A stretch of 64,000 bases of DNA from Eledone cirrhosa (lineage: Eukaryota): the NCBI GenBank assembly GCA_964016885.1, contig OZ024740.1:270630001-270694000 (forward strand), written 5' to 3'. The position numbers and the translations under genes were made by a program. Numbering within the stretch: position 1 is the stretch's first letter; each line of letters begins with the position of its first letter. Of this stretch, positions 25,702 to 40,000 are shown in pieces. The notes below the pieces were generated by a model. The model did no database searches. It was not told where the DNA came from and saw only the letters and a program-made list of their open reading frames with translations.

Positions 25702-28700
25702 CTGTTGGCTTTAAAATATAGGAGTAAAAGTACTCCATACTAAGTAGAGTATATTAGTTTATTTAAGCTACTCCATGAGCTTATTACCCTAGAGTTTCAC
25801 ATGCTGATTTTTCACATACATGCTTACAAATACTAACACAAACACAAGTATATATATATATATATTGATTTAACTGAGGGTCCTCCCAACACTTTGTTTG
25901 GCAATATATATATATATTGCCAAACAAAGTGTTTGGAGGACCTTCAGTTAAATCAAAGGTATGATAACCTCTCGTGAGCACTCGGTGGAACATGAGACCA
26001 TACAAGGTGAGACATAGATCACAGGCCTGCCTGTCAGTGGCTGCACTTCAGTACTGACTTGGTCTGTATGGACCTGCCCAATCCTTGCTAGCAGGGTAAG
26101 CAGACGGTCAAACAACGATGATATATATATGCTGACCGGACAACCATGTTGCTTGTTTATTTTCCTATCTTCGGTTTGCTTTTATCCTTCTATGTTGTTT
26201 ACTTGTCCCCCTCGCCTTACGCGAATTCTGGTCCCAATAACTTTTTTTGGTTATTGCTCGCACCAACCTGAGGTATCTGATTTTTAATGCAATGAAATAC
26301 CAATGATGGTTGGAAAATCACTGACGAAGGACTATTTTTATCATATGTAACCCATGTGCAAACCACGCAGTATTCTTCTTTCTTCTCATGTTTTTATATA
26401 TATATATATATATATCTATATATGTATGTATATATGTATGTATACTATTCATAATATTTATAAAAAACACCATTCTTTGGTGTTTGTATAAATTTTATAT
26501 CACAGCTCTGTGTGAACCCCATTGCATTGAGCTTCTAACTTTCCAGTAAAGTTTCAATACTCAACTTAATAATGATAATAATAATAATAATTGTTTCTAC
26601 CATTGGTACAAGGCCAGCAGTTACCCAGTAGATTACTGGTACTTTCTTTTATCGACCCCGTAAGGATGAAAGGCAAAGTTAACCTCGGCAGGATTTGAAC
26701 TCAGAATGGCAAGGGCCGTAACTCTATTTGTCAAAGCATGGCGTCCGATCCTCTACCGATACTGCCAAGTAATATTATATATACAGGAGATCAATAGAAG
26801 TGGGTATAACACTCATTCAAGTATATATATATACTTGGTACATACAAATATATTCCTACAATACTAAAATGCATTCTGAAGTGATTATAGTTTCTGTTTT
26901 CAGTTAAATCATAATCAATGATTTCTTTTCATCTAAAACAATTTCAATAGATTTTATATGTCATGCTATGAAAAATATTTGCTAGCAGAATGTCTCTCTG
27001 ACAACAGGAAATAAGTGTTGAAACTACTTAGATTTAATCTTCTGCCTATATGTTTGATGAATTTTGTAGCATGTCCATTAAATCTCTGATCTGCAAGTGG
27101 CATGTTATTTATGATATATATCTACTTTCAATTTTATTGTTTATAAATCTACAACATTCAAAATTGTGGCAGAATTATTTGAGTGTCGGGGTAAAGTTTT
27201 GAACAATATTTACTTATAGTATTTTACATTCTGAGTTCAAATGATGCCAAAGTTGACTTTGCTTTTCATCATTCTGGGTGACAGATAAGATAAAGTAGCA
27301 ATCAGGTACTGTATCTTCCCACCCACAAAAGTTGGGGACTTGTGCCTATGCTAGGAAATTAATATTTCATACAGCAGGGTTATTTGAGAAACAATAGAAC
27401 ACAAATTTAAATGGTTTATAGAATTTATTTACACCTCACAACATTCTGAATATTAATCCTGAGTTTTAGGAATAATGCAATAAGATGAGTTCCATTCTTA
27501 TACTTGGGTTAATTCAATTGAAGGCACACAGCCCTAAACATCTTCAAGCTTGTATGAATATAAAAAAAATTGTTATTTATATGGTTATAATGGTGAGATA
27601 CATCTATGCATTCAGCTCTATACATCTATGCATTTAATTCTATACATCTATGCATTGAGCTCTGTACATCTTCCAGGTTTGGTAAGCTATGTGTTCAGTT
27701 TAGTTTATTACTCCACCCTATCGCTTTCTACAAATGTATGGCATTTTAGTGATGTAAATAAGTTACATGTTGTTATTGTTTAGTCCCAGCTCAGCTCTGA
27801 TTGAGCAGATTTATGCTCAAAGACATTCCAGGTGTGAGTTTAGGATTTCATTACCATGTCTTTCTTTCTTTAAGACGTGATGTGGTTTCAGTGAGATTTG
27901 ACTGTTAGTTCTAGTAGTTTGAGCAACCACATAGAGACTCACACATTGTTTCAAAGAAACTTATGGTATTTAACTCTTTAGCATTTAAACTAGACATATC
28001 TGGCCAGAATTCTCTCACCTCTTTCTGTTCAAACCGGCCATAACTGGTCGCTTATACTTATGTTAAGTTATTGTTCTCAAAATAAATATCATCAAAATCT
28101 CATAAATTCAATATTATGTGAGGTAATTATGTGACATGAAGTGTTTACCATGAAAATATGATAGTAAATATAGAGTAATGTAAATGCTAAAGAGTTAATG
28201 TAATGGAATTGGCATAAATAACTCATCCATACAGCTTTAATTTGTTTTCATACATTCTTAATTGAATTCTCAACAGACGATGACTTGATCTTTCATCCTT
28301 CTGGACTTAATACAATAATTATCAGCAATATACATAATCAATTCAAATGACTTATTGACTACAGCTCTCCCATAGAAGAATTGTCTCATTGACCAGTGCA
28401 GTGAATCATCTAGAGAAACACTGTAAAAAGAGGGAATGGTAAAATGATGCTTATCTAAGTCATTTATGATTCCAGTTAGATGATAATCCAGTTCATATAA
28501 GCTACTGTTGTTCTTAAGTAAATCATGACTGTCACACAATCTCTTAATAATCATTTATTTTAATATGTGATCTCATGGCTATGTATGGAATCTCTGTTTT
28601 TAAAATTAGTTGTTTTAAAACAAACAATATTTCTTTTCTTTCTGTCTCTCAACAGAATTACCCAGCAAGGTGCCGAAGAAGCAGAAACAAAGTTGGCAAA

Positions 28701-31700
28701 GTTATTGAATGAATATATCAATGTGGTACCACGAAGGGAGGCCACAACACTTGAAAAGCAATATGATGTGAGTGTATATTGTTTTCATCTTATGATAAGC
28801 TAAAATATTGGCCGATATCTCTCAGAACAAAGGGAATAACAACTCTTTATTTGATGAAAAACATCCATTACATGCTTCCTTTTGATTGGTCGATTCATTT
28901 TACTTTTGTGAAAGGAAGAATCTTTCATATTTAGTTACATCATAGTAAAAATCTATTATATTTAAAGAGCATGTGGTGTAAATTGTGGGGCTCTCTGTGG
29001 AAATCAAATGTAAGATTGTATGTTTGCATTGGTGTATGATAAAGTGATAGCAGCAGCAACAGATGCTGACATTTTTTTTAGTTTTTAATTCCATGTTTTA
29101 CGGAAAGGCAGGTGTTGGGGGTCTCTTCTTAAACCTATGATGTATGGAAAATATTGTTTAACCTCAAAATTAGAAGTTAGTAAAATATTCCATTTTGGAA
29201 GTTTCAGTATTATGTTAATATATTATTTGTGTGTATATATATATAACTTATAAACAAAACACATAAAATGCCATGTTGATCTTTAATATTTGGAGGTTGA
29301 TCTTTAATATTGACAGATATCTCTCAGAACAAAGAGAATAACAGCCCTTTATTTGATGAAAGACATCCACCATGTGCTCTTTTTTGATTGGTTGATTCAG
29401 TTTACTTTTGTGAAGGGGAAAATATATTCTATATTTAGTTACTTGATAGGAAAAATCTATTATATTTAATGTGCTAACAACAAATTATATGTGATGTAAA
29501 TTGTGGGTCATGCTGTGGAAATAGGATGGTAAGAGTATGTTTGATAGAGTGAGAGAAAGTGGCTTAGAGAGTTTTCCTCTGTGTTTATGGCATTCATTAC
29601 TCTCTTTCTAATGAAATACACTATATTTGTATTAGTTGTTTAATTAAGAATGTAGGCTTCACATGCAGCAGCTGTGCTGGGACAGCAAGCAGCAAACAGC
29701 CACAGGAAACAAGTACCACCAATCTCCGGGAGGGCTCTGTAGAAACAGTAGACAGCTTCTGCTACCTAGGTGACCGAATTAGCAGCGGAGGTGGCAGTTC
29801 TGAAAGTACAATAACTAGGGTAAGAACGGGATGGAAGAAGTTTAGGGAACTACTACCACCTCTAGCTGCAAAAGGCTTCTCCCTCAGAATGAAAGGGAGA
29901 CTGTATGATGTGTGTATCCGAACAGCAATGTTGCATGGTAGTGAGACCTGGGCGCTGAAGGTGGAAGACTTACGTAGATTAGAGAGAAACGAAGCCTGCA
30001 TGCTCCGATGGATGTGTAACAGTAATATATGTGAACGACAAAGCATAAATGAATTGAGAGAGAGACTGAGCATAAGAGGAATCAAATGCTGTGTGCAGGA
30101 GAGGTGGTTGCGCTGGTATAGACATGTGATGCGTATGAAGGATGACAGCTGCATAAAAAGGTGCAGAGCACTAGAAGTCGATGGAAACCGCGGAGTGGGG
30201 AGACCCAAGATGACCTGGGATGAGGTGATAAAAGCCGACCTTACCCAATAACACCTCTCAAAGGCAATGACACACGACCGTGACCTCTGGCGTCACGCAG
30301 TAATACAGAGTACCCGACCTCCCATGGGTACAAGCTGAAGTATATAGACAATATGCCCCCACACACCCCACCGCAAGGTGGTCATGGAGGTGCCACGGCA
30401 AAAAAGCACCCAGCCCACACTGTAAAGTGGACGTGTAGGTGCCACGAAAAAGCACCCAGCATTCACTGTAAATGAGGTTGGTGTTAGGAAGTGCATCCAG
30501 CTGTAGAAATCAAGCCAAATCAGTTCCTGTATGAGCAAGGCATGGTCAGCCGACCAGACACTGCCCACAACAGGACAACCCGTCTAACCCATGCTAGCGT
30601 GGAAGAACGGACGTAAAACGGTGATGATGATGATGATGATGTTGAAGAATTTGGAGGCATTTGAATAAAAATGATTAATTATTTCATTATGAAGATAGAA
30701 CTTTGTATATGGTTCTTATATAAAATTATGTTGGAAGATTTTAATTTAGATAGAAACCCCTCGAAATTGTCAGTTCTGTTTCATAGAACCAGAGGTGGTT
30801 TGGAGCTAGCTGGTATCAATAGGATTAGGTTATGTTTTCCTAATAATTGCTTATCATACTTTAGACTGACAAACTTACAAATATGTACTACACCCACTTT
30901 GTTTCTGTGCTTAGCAATATAAAAGGTATTGGTATTATAAGCTTATTCATATGCTCAATGTAGCAACATCTTTACTGCCATTTAGAAATAGTAACCAAAT
31001 CTCCCACAAATCGAAGTCCACTATCTCAACTAAAAAAAGATTCATTTTCCATCACAGTGACTTATTTTTTGAAAACAATGAGATAATTATGGCTGCAACA
31101 CTTGATTAAGGCAGAGCTGGAGCTAAGTCACAATATCATTTCATATGTAAATTTACAAATCTTTATAACACTCTCTGCAAAATGAATGGAAAGTCTCCAG
31201 TTTATTAAATTGATATAACAGTAATACTAAAGCAAACACTGAACACATTTTTTGTAATATTTTGTAGGCATTAAGAAAAAATAAGCTTCAATTATTAGCA
31301 GACTTAGAAGAATTGAGAAAAGATTATAAGTAAGTTATAGCTTACTTCATTTTTAATTAATTATTTGTATCATTTTGGCAAGTACAAAAGACATGTTTTG
31401 GTCTTTTTAGACTTCTTCAACGTTTTTCCACTTCACGATACTTCGAAATTTAGTGATGGGAAAATCACTCAGGTTAACATGGTTAAATGAGAAATAGTCA
31501 ATTTCTTAAAGTCAAGCATTTTATTTCTGTTCCAAGGAATATGTGTGAATGTTTTTATAAAGTGCATGTCACCTACCATCTTAGAAAGCTTTCAATATAG
31601 TCCTAAAGTTCCTTTACAGCCATTCTAATACAGATGAAAGTGTTTAACAGTTACTGGTGTTGTTTAACCCAGAGCTTGAATGAACTGGTGGAGAAACTGG

Positions 31701-34700
31701 GTTTAAGAGGAATCTGAAGTGGTGTGCAAAAGAGAAGACTGCATTGGTATGGATGATGATTGCTGGGTGAAGATGTGCCAGGAAATTGAAATCGCAGTGG
31801 AAGGAAACCACAGTAGAGGTAGACCAAGGAAGACCTGGGCACAGGTGGTGAGAGCTGATCTCAAGCTGCTGACACTCAGAGAGGAGATGACAAATGAACA
31901 TGGCATGTGGGGAAATGCTGTGCTGAAAAGGACTTGTCCAAGCCATGTCATCATGGAAAAACATAAAAATTAGTTAAGACAAAGAGATTTTTTTAAAATA
32001 TACTTTACTCTGCAGTGATTTCACATCCCATTGACTGAGTGATATAGTCAAAAAATAATGTAAAACTTGTTCAAAACAAAATATGTAGCCTTATCAGAGA
32101 AATTTGTGTATATTTAAGTTGGGATGTGTTCAGTTCTAGTGCTTCCATTAAGGCCAACTAGGCAGTCAACTAGGGTGTAAATCTCAGAGAGGTACATTAC
32201 TGAACCTTATTGAATTCTAGAGTTGTACAAATTTTACACAGCATACAGCAGAGAGAGTGTGATATTTTGGCATATCCTGGGTATTTTTTCCCAGTCACTA
32301 TTTTATATTGTCACATCTATCAGTGTATCTTCACTGAAACATGTATGTAGTTATAGTATTTTCTAAAGATTAGACTCACTGCCCACTGCATGTGTTCAGT
32401 CAAATTTCAATTTATTTGGATTCAAATTTGTCTGACTTGCATTATTTTTTTACAAGAATAATCATTAATGATGATTTTTATTTCCTCATTATAGAGATAA
32501 TTTTAACTAATTAAACAATTTTTGGCTTGCTACCTTATGTTACCTTACATTTAACTATTGGATTTTCATGTAAAAGGTAATGATAAGTGATCCCCACACC
32601 CAGTTACACTTTTAGGTTGTCATATATGTCAGTATTTTCTTCTCCCCAAATTTTAAAATATCTCAGTCACCTAGCAACTCTAAATTTGTTGAAGAAGTCT
32701 AAAACTATTTTTTATTTTCTATCCCTGAGTAATTTATCTAATCAAACATGTATATAAATAGTTTTCATATATACTATACTACATGGTTAATTTTTCAGAT
32801 ATTTATGGTAAGTAAAATTTTAGTAGAGTATTTTTTTTTTTGCCATTATATAAATTTCAAGTTATTGTTTTTGAGGATCAATAAACCTATTCAAATTCTA
32901 TACTACCGATACTTTGTCTTGTTTCACTATTCTTTTTTGTTTGCATTACATTTCTACTAAAAGAAAAATAATATTGTATTACAAAAAATGTATTATATCC
33001 TCAAGTAAACAAAATTATTCTTGTAACATCTTAAACAGCATATATTTTTTGTTTATTACTGAAATATTATAAGGAATTTTGATAAAATTGAAACAATGAA
33101 AAGTGCTTATCCACATGAAGTGATTAATTGTAAATGTCTTCAAAATCTTCTTTCAATACATGTGTAAACAGCTTATCCTATCTTTCAAGTTTTATGAAGT
33201 TGCATGGGAAAATATATCATAGGGCTTAAGGAGTTAAAGATATTACAAAGAATACCCTTCAGCTATTATTAAACAAGGAAGAATAGGAATTAAAACACAG
33301 ATTGTTTTCCAGATATTGTTGATATTTCTGTGATCAAATTTCCTTGTAGACAAAGAGGGTTGTTATGGAAAAAATCTGCAGGTTTATATGTCAAACTAAA
33401 ATGAAATAGTTTTCAAATGTATGTTTATGTAATCATCTGTATATATATAAAATTAAGTATGTGTGTGTGTCTGTGTATTAGCTATAGGGGCCTACATCTT
33501 ATGACCGATTTTCATGAAACTTTACAGGCTCATAGATTAGTCATCGGGGAGTGTTTTCTATATATCAGTGTATGGTTTTTTTATTCCGGGGTCATTCTGC
33601 AGATAAAAATCACCTTTTTCTAGGTATCGAAATTAAGATTTTTGGCTCTAGCTCCCACATTTTGCCACCGATTTCGTTCAAACTTTAAAGCAAAATGGAA
33701 TTTATCATTACACATGCTGTAATGGCTTTATATTTTGCAAAAATACCACTTTTAGACTCAAATTTCCACTTTTTTGGCTCTAGCTCCCACATTAATCAAC
33801 CTACTAGATCTGATTATTTCACATCTTAAAGAGGCTTTACATTTTGGATTTTTTGTTCAGGAATGGCGTGGCAGCTGCTTAAATATTCAAAAATACCACC
33901 TTTTCGCTCAAATTCCCGCCTTTTCAGTTCTAGCTCCCACATTTTTCAACCGATTTCGTTCAAATTCAAAACTCCCTCCCCCAGCATGCCTCTTCGTCAG
34001 TCACCCGCATTTCTCAGTGATAGAGGTCATCACCACCCTCCCCCGCATGGCCTGCGTGTGGCCATAGATGAATCACGATAAGCAGTCGCTAAGATCAACA
34101 CCTTTTCATCAAAGCAGATATTATTTTACTAACCCAGGCAACGCTGGGTACAAATGTATGTTTATGTTATCATTAAAAATAATTCATATTTTGGTATCTT
34201 TCAGCCATGCCCGATTTATAAACACTAAACTAGCAGACGAGAGAAATAAATATAGATCACAGTGTGAGAATCTTTCACACATAACATCAAAGTATATAAA
34301 TATATTTCTATTTATGAATAATTTTTTTTTTTATTCTTTTCAACTTTAGCAATACAAAGATTATCTGACACTTTCTGAGAAATTACTTAGTAAAGTTCTG
34401 TTGCATGGTTAATTTGTGCTCTGGAACAACCTCATAATTGTCAGTTATTGTTATTGTTGTAACATTGCGCAACAATATCTAAAAGAATGGAGGTAGCAAA
34501 TCACACTTTTGAGATTTGCTTGCAGAATATTTATCAGCGATATGCTTTATTTTAGTATGTACTGGAAGCATGCTGCAAACCATGTTAATCAATATTTGAT
34601 CATGTCTGATACAAAGGAGCAGTGAAGGCTTTTTATATCGAGTACATTATCTAATGTAATATTGTATGATATCGTACATTATAGAGTATTATATGATATC

Positions 34701-35737
34701 GTATTATATGATATCGTACATTATAGAGTACATTATCTAATGTAATATTGTATGATAAAGATTTTGATAGCAACTGCAACAGATGCAGGCAAGATTGTTG
34801 TTAATTCACCATAAGGCTGTCCTTATCAAGCCAACCTATGATTCAAAGGTAAGATTTCTATCTAATGTATACTTCTTCATTTAAATCAGTAGGTTGGGAT
34901 TTGAGGAAGATTTGGCTGCTTTTTAGCTACATGTCAGGTGACCATATAAATGCTCACTCATTAGCTTGATGCATTCCAGGTAGATTTGTTTATTGCATCA
35001 GTATCAAAATATTTTCAACCTCACTAGAAATGTTTCTTTATGCAGTCTGGGATTTGGATGGCATGTGGCTAATTGAGACTTGTTATTTTGGTATATGTAT
35101 CATATTATATAATTAATGATATTGAATAAACAAGTAAAATGTTTGACAATAAATAGACCACCAAACAAAGAGAAAAGGCTTTTAGAAGTCATTTGGAGAT
35201 ATAATTTGTTCAAAAGATAAATAAATTCAGAGGAGTACATGCTTAAAACTTGGAAATTCTGTAAGGTTTATAATGTGTAAAGTCTAAAGTCTGTTACAAG
35301 CCTGGAGGCTCATCAAGCCAGTGCTTATCCCAAATTCTGTGGTGTGAAGTGACTGAGAATACAAGACTCCCTGCTTGACAGAATGCCAGTCCATCGCAGG
35401 GTTAGCTATTGCTGGTACTCCTTTTCAGCTGAGTATACTGGAACAACGTGAAATGAAGTGTTTTGCTCAAGAACACATCATAACCCAGTCCTGGACTCAA
35501 ACCCACAACATTATGATTATAAGTCCAACATACCACCAGGCCACATGCCTCCACAAGTTTGTAATGGGTAAAGAGGTAAAACCCATGTAAAGTATATATA
35601 TATATATGAAAGTTTTAACATATTCATAGCTAATGATAATGAGAAAACAACATAACTAGAATCCATGCAAGATGGAACTACAGTACAAATATGCTTAGAA
35701 ATTGTTAAATTACAAAACTTCAAATAAAGTAATTTAG

Positions 35738-35795
<58 letters not shown>

Positions 35796-36853
35796 CTAAA
35801 TTACTTTGCTTCAAACAATTTATAAGAAATTAAAGATTTACATTTGGGAATAGTTAAAAAAGATATTCAAAATTTGTAGCCATTATGAACACCATTCTCA
35901 TACATACACATATGTACTGACATATGTACACATTCATAAACGTAAATGTGTTCATTCCATAAGAATCTTAAAGAAATCACAAATGTCTTTCCTGATAATA
36001 GATTTTCTTAATAAAACCTAGTGTAATAAATTATGTCCTAATCCCTTCCATTTCTTTCTCTTATATCATGTAACATATTTTTGGTGGGGATGTTTAGCAA
36101 ATTTGTTGGTAAATGATTTGGAAGAATTCCTCGATGTTCTTTATCTTTGATAATTTATTTTTTAGTTAGTATTTTGTAAACATTTTGTTATCAAAAGTAA
36201 AAAATGTTTTCATAAATGTACATCTTGGTTGTCATTTATTTTGTATATATATATATATGGCATACTATTGATATCAATATTTTTTTTAATACATTTTCCA
36301 GTTATCCATGGCTGAAATCAATTGAATATGCAACTCCTTTATCAGAAGACAATAAATATGGTCATGAAAAATTATTAGAGATTTTGAATCAAATGCAACT
36401 AAATGGAGCTAGATTGAAGCAAGAAGCAGTTCCATTTGAAGGCAAGGTTAGCTCTGAAATGTGTTTTCACCTCTTTGTTTATCTTTTGTTTTTTACATTA
36501 TATTTCTATAAGCCTTAGAAATAAAATACAAAAAAATTGATTTGTAAAAAGCAGATGGGAAGAAATTCAAATATATTTTACTTTGAACGCCCTTTTTGAA
36601 TTATTAGAGAGAATTAAATTTTGTTAGCAAATTTATTAGAAAACATAGTGTTGTCAATAATTTATTAAGGCTTCATGGAAGAAAGCATGGAATAAGTTCT
36701 GGATAATATTTCTCAAGTATTTAAATGGGCTTCAAATTAGCTGGTTTGTTAGTATTTTTTTACAAATTAGTTGTATATTTCTTTTGCAATATCTATAAAA
36801 CATAGAATTATCTCTTAAGAATATATTTTCCAAGAATACAAGTTTTTATCTTC

Positions 36854-36936
<83 letters not shown>

Positions 36937-36937
36937 C

Positions 36938-37005
<68 letters not shown>

Positions 37006-40000
37006 AAAAAAAATCAATATATAATGTATAATGATCATGTGGATTTATAATAGCTCTATGAGAGAATTAGTGCTAAAAATCCAAGGCCTCAGAGCTTTGT
37101 AGACTGCCAGTATCATAAGAAACCACACATCTTATATTTTGCAGAGAACAATCTCATTAGGTTTTAAAAAATGTAGAAACACACTAAGTATTATACTTAC
37201 ATTGCCACTAAGTTTTTACTGCATTTCATGCAGCAAAAAACCAACAATATTGGCAAATGAGGAAGCAAAGAGCTACAATCATCAGTAGACATCTTGAAAT
37301 TCTAGAAAAATATTAGTTCCCAAAGAACAAGAGGCCAGCCATTTCTCAGGCCATGTGTAGAATAAAAGAGAGAGAGAGAATATATTTGCTTAACTGTTAT
37401 TTCCAGCCAACAGCATCAATTTCCATCAGTTCTGCTTAGGTGCAACAGTATAAATAACAAACATCGTATGTGCAGCCATGTACACCTGTTATATATGCAA
37501 ATGAGCATCTTCAGCTAATGTTTTATTTGTGCATGTCAATCTTATTCATGAAAATTATGAACAGAACAGGTGACGGTACACACTCTTGGCTGAGTCCAAC
37601 ACCCTCTTCTTTGCTCAAATGGCATCTTTGACCTCTTGATTAAACAAAGGGGTCTTCCTGCCACCTGGAGACACACCAAGCCACTTTCACCTGCAGTATT
37701 TAACAACTGAAGCGGAAACTGCCAAGTTAAAATTTCCATTCTGTTTGAACATCTGAACATCCTCGGTTTGTTCATGGAGGTGTCTGAATTTGGATGCAAT
37801 AGTATCTGCACACCTCGTCCTGACCTCCTTATTGGCCAGTGCTTCCTACTTTATCCAGTATGTTGAGCTGGATCTGTCAGTTTATGTGGTAAAAGATTAA
37901 TTTTAACAAATTGTATAATAAACCAAGAGATACATGTTTTGAAAAGTTATTCCAAAGGAAGTTGACATCTTTGATTTATGTAAAATACAGGTGAAAGATG
38001 TTCGTTATTCATCAGTAGTTTTGCAGATTTTGAATATTCTAATAAATCATTGTTTTTATGCAATAAATATAGAGAAGAAAGCAAAAGAAATCTAGTAAGG
38101 AGCTTTCAAACCTTGTCAGTCATGGAATTTTTATATAGTGAGCTTCCTAAAATGTTCTTATCTCTATGTAAGTTACTTACAAGAAACTTTCACTAAACAT
38201 GAATTATATAAAACCTGGTCTGGTTTCCAGAGACATAAATAGTTGGTCTTTTTATACAAACAATCTATATCTTTTTTCTTTGCTTGGACTATCTTTATTT
38301 GCTGTAACTATCCTTTGTGATCCTGTCTCTATTTTTATCCTCCTGAAGAAGGGCTAAAGCCTGACACATCAAACATTCTTTCCCCTAATAAGACATTTTG
38401 TACCTCTGTTTGTTGTTTCCTTGAACTATATAAAAATATTACTATATATATATTACATTCAGACTTTAATCTCTCAAAATATATTTGAAAAATGCTACTA
38501 GTTATTATGATCTACATCTGTGGAAGAGCTTGGTTAATTAGATTTGTATAGTACTGGAAGTGATACCAATCATTGTAGCAAATGCACAAAGTAGCTTTAA
38601 AATATTTAAGATAGTTTTCTTTTAACCTCGTCTTAGAAATATTCTCTTTGATAATGAAAACAATAAATTGACAGCAGAGAAAGTGATTTCTTACAATGCT
38701 TCCAAGGGGAAACAAAATTTCTGTTATAATGGAACATAATTGAAATAAATGATGATTTATTTAATCATTGCTTGAAGCTTCAGGTAAATAGATTTATGTT
38801 CATTTCTCAGTGAATCATTACAATATTCTTCTGTAATGTGAAAGTGTTTGGTATTTATATTATTACAACTAAGGATAACCAATGAATAATGATGCTATAG
38901 GCTGGAAATACCTGTTAAGTAAACACTCTAAACTCATAAGGCAATATCACTTTAACTCAGAAATGTGGTGTTAAATTCTAGAGGAAGCTGATCTGCTAAA
39001 TTGGTTTTATATTCATCTGGAAAAGGAGGAAGAAACATAATACAGTTTATGGTAGACTTTAGATAGATAAAACTGGAAAATATATGTGCATTGGTATTTC
39101 ATTATAGGTAAGCTACTGCTTAGTTGATTACATGACAATAACTGAAATCTCAGATGAAGATATTTCACTTCAATACCTTCAATTCAATACTACAGTGGAA
39201 CCTCAGTTCACGAATGCATCTCATCACATACAAATTGGTTCATGAACAAGATTTCTGAACATAAAATGTCACAAGCCGGCAACAGTTAGCAACAAGCTTG
39301 GAAAGTGTCACTTGCTGTGTAGTTAATTACTATGGTGATATCTATCTGGCTTTCACACAGAGTCTCTCTCTCAACATTTTGTATGGGAAAAATAGTTTTG
39401 GTGTACAAACATTTTGGGTGATGAAAAGCTTTCAGGAACGAATTAAGTTTGTGAACCAAGGTATTTATAAAAAGTATTAATGAAAAAAAACATTATTTGG
39501 AATTCATTGCTTTTTATTTTTTTGCAACAATAAAACCAGTTATAATTGTTTTAATATTGTTTACAATTAATGTTGCAGATTAAATATTAAATAAAATTAT
39601 TTTTTTCACTTTACCACATTTTGGTGATTCACATGATACTTCTTTATATTTATATAATAATGCTTCAAATAAATGAGATCTTATTTATTTTAAACATTGA
39701 AAGGGCTTTGACAAAAATGTACCAGTTTTTCTGAGACATAAAGGGCAGGTATTCAATAGAGTTATCAAGAGAAGAGAGTGTGCCCTTTTGATAAATGTCA
39801 TTTGGAAAGAAAGAATAGTTGATGCTAATAAGGTATGTATAATTTGAGATAAACCATTATAATCTACACATATTGGTATTAATTTGATGTCATAGAGTTA
39901 TTGAAATATATATATACTAACACTGTAAATGTGGTTCGCATTAAGAAGGCATCCAGCTGTAGAAATCTAGCCAGAAATCTAGCTATATGAGCAAGACATG

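Noticed and set aside
34350-34407. Strong acceptor (ttctttttcaactttAG) as the missing host exon
   Set aside because: In the required phase 2 it reaches TGA after six codons.
34817-34848. Short AG..GTAAGA segment as a possible exon
   Set aside because: Weak acceptor, and the sequence resembles a dispersed repeat also seen near 3130-3170 and 27785-27835.
37807-37830. CTPRPD peptide matching the TPRPDW motif of TSNAXIP1
   Set aside because: Lies downstream of the exon it should precede, lacks Trp and has no convincing splice sites.
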